The notes under the pieces: model-generated
Told to the model about the DNA's origin: nothing
The model's input: only the letters and a program-made list of their open reading frames with translations
The model's database searches: none
Part shown: positions 25,090-30,649 of the stretch, piece after piece
Layout: each line of letters starts with the position of its first letter
Numbering within the stretch: the first letter of the stretch is position 1
Position numbers and translations under genes: made by a program
Source: a virus
Taxonomy: Duplodnaviria; Caudoviricetes
Length of the DNA: 30,649 nt
Direction: 5' to 3' (one strand)
IMG/VR virus record: IMGVR_UViG_3300016674_000080
Span: 1 to 30,649 of that record

Positions 25090-28000
25090 TCAACGCTTCT
25101 CCTGGAAGCCGAAGGCGATGGCGGCCGGGTTTTCGGTCTTACCCTCGGCCAGGGCTTTGGTGCCGGTGACGGTGCGGTTGATCTGCGCGCTGGGCAGGCC
25201 GAATAGGTCGCCCACGACATTGACCGACGCCTTGCGGAAAGCATCGTCGAACTCGCCTTGATGTACCTGTTTTGCCAGGCTCACCGTGTCGGCAATCAGG
25301 CGCAGGCCGGCCGGCCCGGTGTAGTCGCGGCCCATGTCATTGGCGCCGGACACGATCTTGGCCGCCTCGCCGAACTCGCGCACCACGACCATAAGGCCCA
25401 TCAGGTAGTCGATCTGGTTGGCGAGCAGCTTCTTGGCGATCTTCTCGGGGTCATCGTCGCCCGAGTCGCCGGGCGTGAATGCGTTTTTGATGAAGTAGCC
25501 CAGCACGGCCGGCACCGCGTAGAGCATGGCGTAGTCGACGGCCAGCTTCGCGCGCTTGGCCGGGGTGTCCGCGCTCATGGTCTTCTCCACGCCGACGTTC
25601 AGGGCCGTGTTCATGAAGGAATAGAACACGGTGAAAAGCCGTTGCGCCGGGCCGCCGCGCTCGATGGCCGACAGGTCTTTGGTTTGCCCGCCGCCCTGGG
25701 CATCGATGACAGCTTGGTCAGCCAGGGCGATGGCGCGGGTTTCCTCGTTGCCCCCGGCGATGGCCTTCTCGTAGGCACCCCACCAGGTCGGCACGTCGAC
25801 CATTTGCTGACAGCGCATCATGAGGAAGTAGGCGTAGCGCCCGACGTACTCGTTGAACGCGCTTTGATCCTGCACCTGGTTGCGCAACTCGTTGAGTTCG
25901 CGGAAGCGGGTACGCGCCCGGTTTTCCATGAACGAGGACATTTCATTGACCGTGCGCGTGAGGCCCACCGGGTTGGCGAGGTACTTGGCAACACCGCGCC
26001 CGACCCACGGTGCGCCCACGCGCGTGATGGATTGCGTAATGCCGAGCGGCTGGATTAGCGCGCTCATGACGTTGAAACCCAGGCCGGCAGCGCTCACCCC
26101 CTGGCGCAGGCGCGAGAGGGCCAGATCCACGGCAGCGTCTGCGCCTTTCTCGCCCTCGGCCACGTCCTGCACCCAGGTCTTGAACTGCTGCTTGGCCTCG
26201 GGGCCGTAGTGGTCGCGGATGGCCGCGTCGATGCTGTGCGAGCGCAACAGCCGGTTGGCATCGATCAACCACTCGTGCCAGGCCAGGTCGTGAATCACGT
26301 CATTGACGCCGGAATAGAGGCCGCCCAGCGTGTAGAGCAGCGGCCGGCCTTGCACTTCCTCGACGCGCGACTTGGTGAAGCTGCGGCGCGTGGTGGCCGT
26401 GGTGTAGGCCCCCTGCAACTGGCGCTTGGCGCTTTCCGCGTCGGCGTGTTCCTCGGCCCGTTGGCTGGCGGCTGGGTCGTATTTGATGGGGTAGTAGCCG
26501 CCGCGCATTTGCACGGTCGTGCCGTCTGCCGTGGTCACAGCGAAGGCGCGCGGCGCCACCCACTCGGGTTCCTTGCCATAGACCCGGCGTTCCTTGGCGG
26601 CGATCTGCGGCCGGTAGCCCTCGAAATGATCCCACACGGCCTGCACCGCCTGCCATTCCTGTGCGGTCAGCGATTGCAGCACCGGGGCGAGTTGCTGGAT
26701 CGTCCAGGCCTCGCCGCCGAGTAGTCGCTGCAGGTTGCCGTCGTTGCCGATGTTCAACGCAATGGCGAGGCGCGCCTCGCGGTTCAGGCTGCGGTTGATG
26801 GTCGGGAAAAATTGCCCCTTGCCGCCCATCCGGCCCAGCTTGAACACCGGGGCGAGGATTTCCGACAGCTTGGCCGTGGCCTCGGCGCGCATCGTGGTTT
26901 CCTGGTCGCCGCGCTCGTTGGCGCTGCGCACGAAGTATTCCCACATGGGGCCGCCGTCCTTGCCGCCGTCCATGACGCGCGCCCAGGTGGCTGCCTTGAT
27001 ATGCGCCGCCCAAAACCGTTTTAGGCCCTGCACGGCGCGGCCCATGTTCGTGGTCGGCGTGCGGGTGTCGGCCTCGCGGCCCTGGGCGTGCTGGTGGATG
27101 CTGGCGGCGATTTCGTCGCGCACGGCCTCATAGGCGCGCTGGTCGGCGGCCGTCAGCAGCTTGTGCTTCAAGCGGCCCAGGTGCTCGATCTGGCGCACGG
27201 TATCGACCAGGCCCCGGAATTCCTCGACGGTCAGGTTCTTGTACGAGGTGCGGAATGCCTCGTTTTCCAGTTCGGGCGGAATGTCGGGCTCGAGCCCGGC
27301 TTCGCGCTGGGCCTTGATCCACTCGGCCAGGGCGGTGCGCTTGTCCACCGCCTTGTTGCTTTGCCCCTTGCGCAGGTCGAACCGTTCCAGCAGGTTGCCG
27401 ATCTGGTCGGCATAGTCGGCGTCCAGGGTCTTGATGTCGCCCTCGAACTTCTTGAGGTAGCGCAGGCCCTTGTCGACTTCCTCCTGGGCGTCGTAGGCGG
27501 CGCGCGTCGCATAGTTCTGGATCAACTGGTTGCGCTTCTCGGCCGCTGCCACGTTGAGGTCGCCCGCCTTGCTGGCCTTCTCGGCGGCCTTGGCCGCGCG
27601 CACTTCCGCGTTGGCATACTGGCCGGGCTTGATGTCGCGCACCTTGAGGCGGGAAATCAGCGCGCTGGCGTATTCCCTGGCCGCGCTCGCCAGCACCTTG
27701 CGCTGGCCGGTGGCCTTCGCCAGGGCGTTGGCTTCGGTCGCCACGAAGCGGGCGCGGGCGTCGTTGTGGATGGCCTTGTCGGCGGCCTTCTCGATGGCCT
27801 CGGGGCTCGACAGGTCGCCGAACTGTTCCAACATGCGCACGTCGGTGAGCGCGTCGATTTCCGCGCGCGGGGTTTCCACCTCGGCCAGTTTGCGCACCAG
27901 TTCGTCGCCCGACGTGAAGCCGAACATTTCGGCCACGATGTCGGGGTGCAAGCCAGTTACCGCCGTCATCCGGCGCGCCTTCACGGCATTGACCACCTCG

Positions 28001-30504
28001 GCCGGCAGGCCCATGGCCTTGAGTTCGCCCAGGTCGAGGCGCCCGGCGCCGAGCGCTTGCGGATTGACCACCTGGTCGCCGGCCCGCGTTTCCTGGTCGG
28101 CGCCGTAGTCGTAGGCCACCGAGTGCTGCGGGTTGCCGCGCAGTTCCTCGAAGAATTTGTCCTCAAGCTGGCGCAAGTCCCATTTGCCGTGCTCGTCGAG
28201 CGTGAGGTAGCCGTACTGGCTCAAAGCCTCGGCCATGGCGTCGAGTCCGAGCCCGCCGTCGCGGCGCAGCACGTGCTTGCCGAACGCCGGCATGGGGATG
28301 CGCTCTTTCGGGTCGATGCCCCACTCGGACTGCACCGCCGCGCGGTTCAGGCCGCCCAGCTTGGCGATGGCCGCGAATAGCGAGTCCTGGGATTCATCGA
28401 CGGAATCGGGACTTGACGTGCGCTTGGCCGGCGCCTCGATCTTGTCGTCGGCGGCCAGCTTGCCCGTGAGGAACTGCCAGGCGCGATAAATCGGCTGGCT
28501 CATGACCTCGCGGCGCACCTCGATCTGCACCTCGGCGCGCTGGGCCTTGGCGTCCTTCTGTAGCTGCTTGATGATGCGGCCGCGCGCGTTGTGCAGCCAC
28601 GTCATGTCGCGCAGGCCGCGCGCCTGCAAGTCCTCGATGGCCTGGGCCGTTGCATCGACGCCGAGCGCCTGGTAGGCGGCGAATTCCTCGGGCGTCATGC
28701 TGGCCTGTTCGGGCGAGGTGAACAGCGGCATCATGCTGCGCCCCTGCTCGGCCAGGGTGATCTGCTCGTTGGTGGCGAGCATGCGGTCGAACACGCCGCG
28801 TACCTCGTCGGTCAGTTCGACGTTCAGGTTCTTGAGTTCGCGGTAGACGCTGACCAGCCAGGCGCGGAAGCGCTGGAAAAGCCCTTGCAGTTCGATGCTG
28901 GGGGCCGTGCCCTCGAATAGGTACGCTTCGAAGCCGCGCGCGAACTTCTCGTGGTAAGCGCGTTTTTCCTCGAAGTCGAGGTTGTACCACTCGGCCAGGG
29001 ACTCGACGCCGAACCAGCGCAGCAGCGCGTCGGTGTCGTTGAGGATCTGGCGCTCCCCTGGCTTCAAGGTATCCTGGCCGAAAATGTCGGCTTCCTGTTG
29101 CAGCTTGCTGGCGATGTCGGCCTGCACTTCCAGGAAGAAGTGGCCCGACTCGTGCAGGAAGGTGGAGAGGTCGGCGTTCTTGAGCAGGGTAATCGACAGC
29201 GTGGCCGGGTTGAAGCTGCCGCGCGCGGTTTGCTCGAAGGCGTTGGCGATGGCCGGCGCGTGCTCCATTTCCTTGCCGTTGAATACCAGAATCACGTCCT
29301 GGTCGGCGGTGTCGGCCGTGGCCCCCGGTGGCGTCGCGCGTCGCTGCTCGTCGGTCATGCCGGCGCGCGCCTGGGTGTTGCGGGCTTCCACTTCCCCGGC
29401 GATCTTGAGGTAGGTCGAGCGCGGGCCGTCGCCGGTTCGTTGCAGTTCGGCGTAGGCGGCGTCGTTCTTGGCTTTGAGTTCGGCCAGGGTGTAGCGCTGG
29501 GCGTCGGCGATCTGGTCGGCGTTGATGCCGAAGTCCAGGTCGTTGAGCGCGGCCACCGCCTCGTCGAGCGAGTGCCCGGCTTCTTCCATTTCGCGCTTGA
29601 TGGTGTAGGCGTTGCTCCAATGATCCCACTCGCGCTTGGCCTGGGCCTTCACGATGCCGGCAATTTCCAGGCTGCCCCCGGTGGCAAACCCTTCGATAGT
29701 CTGGATGCCGTGCTGAATCTCATGCAGCAGCGCGGAAGCCATTTGCTCGTTGGTCAGGCCGTTGCCCAGGCTGATGGTGTTGTCCGCGCTGTTGTAGCTG
29801 GCGCCGAAGTAGAGGTCGCCGGCAGCGGCCGACGTCGCCTCGTAGGCCACCGTGATGTTGCGCAACTTGGGGTATGCAGCGAACAAAGCCGGGTGGTCGA
29901 GCACGTCGCCAAGGGGCATTTCCGCCACCTTGTACGGGTCGGCCTCGGCCGCTTGTTCCATGCTGTCCTTGCCGATGAACTTGGCGTCGGCGTCGCTGAT
30001 TTCATAGCGCCACTTGCCGTCGTTACCCTTGAACCAGCCCGTGTCGCGGCGCACCACCTCGGGGCTTTCACCGGCAGCAATGCGCTGCTTTGCGGTGTCG
30101 AGCGCGTGAAGGTCGGCCCCCTGGGCGCGCTGCCCGGCGAACTGGTAGAACTGGTCGAGTTTCTGGTCTACAATGGAATCCGAGGCGTCGGAGAGGCGAG
30201 CCGTGTCACCCTCTCCATCAAGGCCGGCAGTGTCCGTCGTCGTGCTGGTCGCGCCTCCTTCTTTTTTCTGGAACGCTGTCAGCAGCCAGTGCTTCGCCTG
30301 GCTGTCCCAAGTCAAGCGCACAGCGGCCCGATGGTCGGCCGATTCCAGATTGACGCGGTTCTTGTTGCGCGTCGTTACCTTCATCGCTGAGAGAATGCCC
30401 TGCAGGTCGTCCAGCACCTCGGGGTGATACTTCGCCAGCTTGGCGAGCCCGTACCCATCGCTGGCCCCGGTGCCTTCCTCGCCCCACACCAGGTCGATGT
30501 CGCC
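25090..30504 (-). CDS. Large polyvalent internal virion / ejection protein; true N-terminus missing
   Basis: About 1800 aa. BECR-like domain (GDIDLVWG...GYGLAKL...WLLTAF), LPD23-like segment (TGWFKGNDGKWRYEISD), HEXXH motifs LLHEIQH and FLHESGH, long helical C-terminal region. Confidence 0.85.
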   Translation of the reverse strand, partial: GDIDLVWGEEGTGASDGYGLAKLAKYHPEVLDDLQGILSAMKVTTRNKNRVNLESADHRAAVRLTWDSQAKHWLLTAFQKKEGGATSTTTDTAGLDGEGDTARLSDASDSIVDQKLDQFYQFAGQRAQGADLHALDTAKQRIAAGESPEVVRRDTGWFKGNDGKWRYEISDADAKFIGKDSMEQAAEADPYKVAEMPLGDVLDHPALFAAYPKLRNITVAYEATSAAAGDLYFGASYNSADNTISLGNGLTNEQMASALLHEIQHGIQTIEGFATGGSLEIAGIVKAQAKREWDHWSNAYTIKREMEEAGHSLDEAVAALNDLDFGINADQIADAQRYTLAELKAKNDAAYAELQRTGDGPRSTYLKIAGEVEARNTQARAGMTDEQRRATPPGATADTADQDVILVFNGKEMEHAPAIANAFEQTARGSFNPATLSITLLKNADLSTFLHESGHFFLEVQADIASKLQQEADIFGQDTLKPGERQILNDTDALLRWFGVESLAEWYNLDFEEKRAYHEKFARGFEAYLFEGTAPSIELQGLFQRFRAWLVSVYRELKNLNVELTDEVRGVFDRMLATNEQITLAEQGRSMMPLFTSPEQASMTPEEFAAYQALGVDATAQAIEDLQARGLRDMTWLHNARGRIIKQLQKDAKAQRAEVQIEVRREVMSQPIYRAWQFLTGKLAADDKIEAPAKRTSSPDSVDESQDSLFAAIAKLGGLNRAAVQSEWGIDPKERIPMPAFGKHVLRRDGGLGLDAMAEALSQYGYLTLDEHGKWDLRQLEDKFFEELRGNPQHSVAYDYGADQETRAGDQVVNPQALGAGRLDLGELKAMGLPAEVVNAVKARRMTAVTGLHPDIVAEMFGFTSGDELVRKLAEVETPRAEIDALTDVRMLEQFGDLSSPEAIEKAADKAIHNDARARFVATEANALAKATGQRKVLASAAREYASALISRLKVRDIKPGQYANAEVRAAKAAEKASKAGDLNVAAAEKRNQLIQNYATRAAYDAQEEVDKGLRYLKKFEGDIKTLDADYADQIGNLLERFDLRKGQSNKAVDKRTALAEWIKAQREAGLEPDIPPELENEAFRTSYKNLTVEEFRGLVDTVRQIEHLGRLKHKLLTAADQRAYEAVRDEIAASIHQHAQGREADTRTPTTNMGRAVQGLKRFWAAHIKAATWARVMDGGKDGGPMWEYFVRSANERGDQETTMRAEATAKLSEILAPVFKLGRMGGKGQFFPTINRSLNREARLAIALNIGNDGNLQRLLGGEAWTIQQLAPVLQSLTAQEWQAVQAVWDHFEGYRPQIAAKERRVYGKEPEWVAPRAFAVTTADGTTVQMRGGYYPIKYDPAASQRAEEHADAESAKRQLQGAYTTATTRRSFTKSRVEEVQGRPLLYTLGGLYSGVNDVIHDLAWHEWLIDANRLLRSHSIDAAIRDHYGPEAKQQFKTWVQDVAEGEKGADAAVDLALSRLRQGVSAAGLGFNVMSALIQPLGITQSITRVGAPWVGRGVAKYLANPVGLTRTVNEMSSFMENRARTRFRELNELRNQVQDQSAFNEYVGRYAYFLMMRCQQMVDVPTWWGAYEKAIAGGNEETRAIALADQAVIDAQGGGQTKDLSAIERGGPAQRLFTVFYSFMNTALNVGVEKTMSADTPAKRAKLAVDYAMLYAVPAVLGYFIKNAFTPGDSGDDDPEKIAKKLLANQIDYLMGLMVVVREFGEAAKIVSGANDMGRDYTGPAGLRLIADTVSLAKQVHQGEFDDAFRKASVNVVGDLFGLPSAQINRTVTGTKALAEGKTENPAAIAFGFQEKR

Positions 30505-30649
30505 GGCGCGCTCGGCCACGCCCTCGGCCAGCACGCGCCGGCCTTCCTCCACCAGCGGCGCGACGCAGCGCGCCACGATGGCCTCGTCGTCGAGCTCGGG
30601 GGCGGGCGCGATGCCCAGGCGCCGCTGGTGAGCCTGAACCTGGCCGCGC
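30484..30649 (-). other. Fragment resembling a bacterial 3-hydroxyacyl-CoA dehydrogenase C-terminal domain, fused in frame to the phage protein
   Basis: Frame stays open to the window end: RGQVQAHQRRLGIAPAPELDDEAIVARCVAPLVEEGRRVLAEGVAERAGDIDLVW, matching the 3HCDH pattern EI..R....L.NEG.R.L.EG.A....DID.VW. Confidence 0.72.

Larger units (their letters stand above)
1..30504. mobile_element. Temperate podovirus (BPP-1/BcepC6B-like) genome segment, apparently in attP (excised/circular) configuration
   Basis: Portal, terminases, cI/cro switch, DUF2800-DUF2815-PolA-VRR-NUC-SNF2 replication module, xis/int, lysis and tail genes. Phage genes continue on both sides of the integrase/att region. Confidence 0.93.

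Noticed and set aside
22842-25090. Diversity-generating retroelement as in BPP-1
   Set aside because: No reverse transcriptase motifs, no avd-like gene and no adenine-mismatched TR/VR repeat pair seen in the window.

Overview
Almost the whole window is about 30 kb of a GC-rich temperate podovirus with Bordetella BPP-1 / Burkholderia BcepC6B-like organisation, probably infecting a betaproteobacterium. Left, minus strand: cro, two DNA methyltransferases, primase-helicase, GIY-YIG nuclease, a putative origin, an HTH protein, terminase subunits, GNAT, a cupin-like gene, a small virion protein and a truncated portal. Middle, plus strand: cI, small early genes, DUF2800 nuclease, DUF2815 SSB, family A DNA polymerase, VRR-NUC, dCMP deaminase, SNF2 helicase, DUF3310, excisionase and integrase. 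Right, minus strand: a large polyvalent virion protein, a beta-helix tailspike, a small tail-associated protein and holin / GH108 endolysin / 3TM holin. Phage genes lie on both sides of an attP-like region, so this looks like the excised or virion form, or a tandem-prophage junction. Main observations: (1) the N6A/N4C methyltransferase is frameshifted at a G8 tract, a likely phase-variable switch in the OFF state; (2) a TGCACGT-N18-(-10) element sits at identical spacing before three late operons, two predicted leaderless, with a candidate HTH activator; (3) a complete tRNA-Ser(UGA) and a secreted low-GC gene sit beside, but apparently not within, the arm/IHF-bracketed att core; (4) seven 16-bp operators; (5) an inverted-iteron origin candidate; (6) a nested G-U-containing RNA structure between SSB and polymerase; (7) the last ~145 bp encode host-like 3-hydroxyacyl-CoA dehydrogenase sequence fused in frame at GDIDLVW, most likely a chimeric assembly. 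No DGR, reverse transcriptase or CRISPR array was seen. All family calls come from motif recognition by eye, not database searches.
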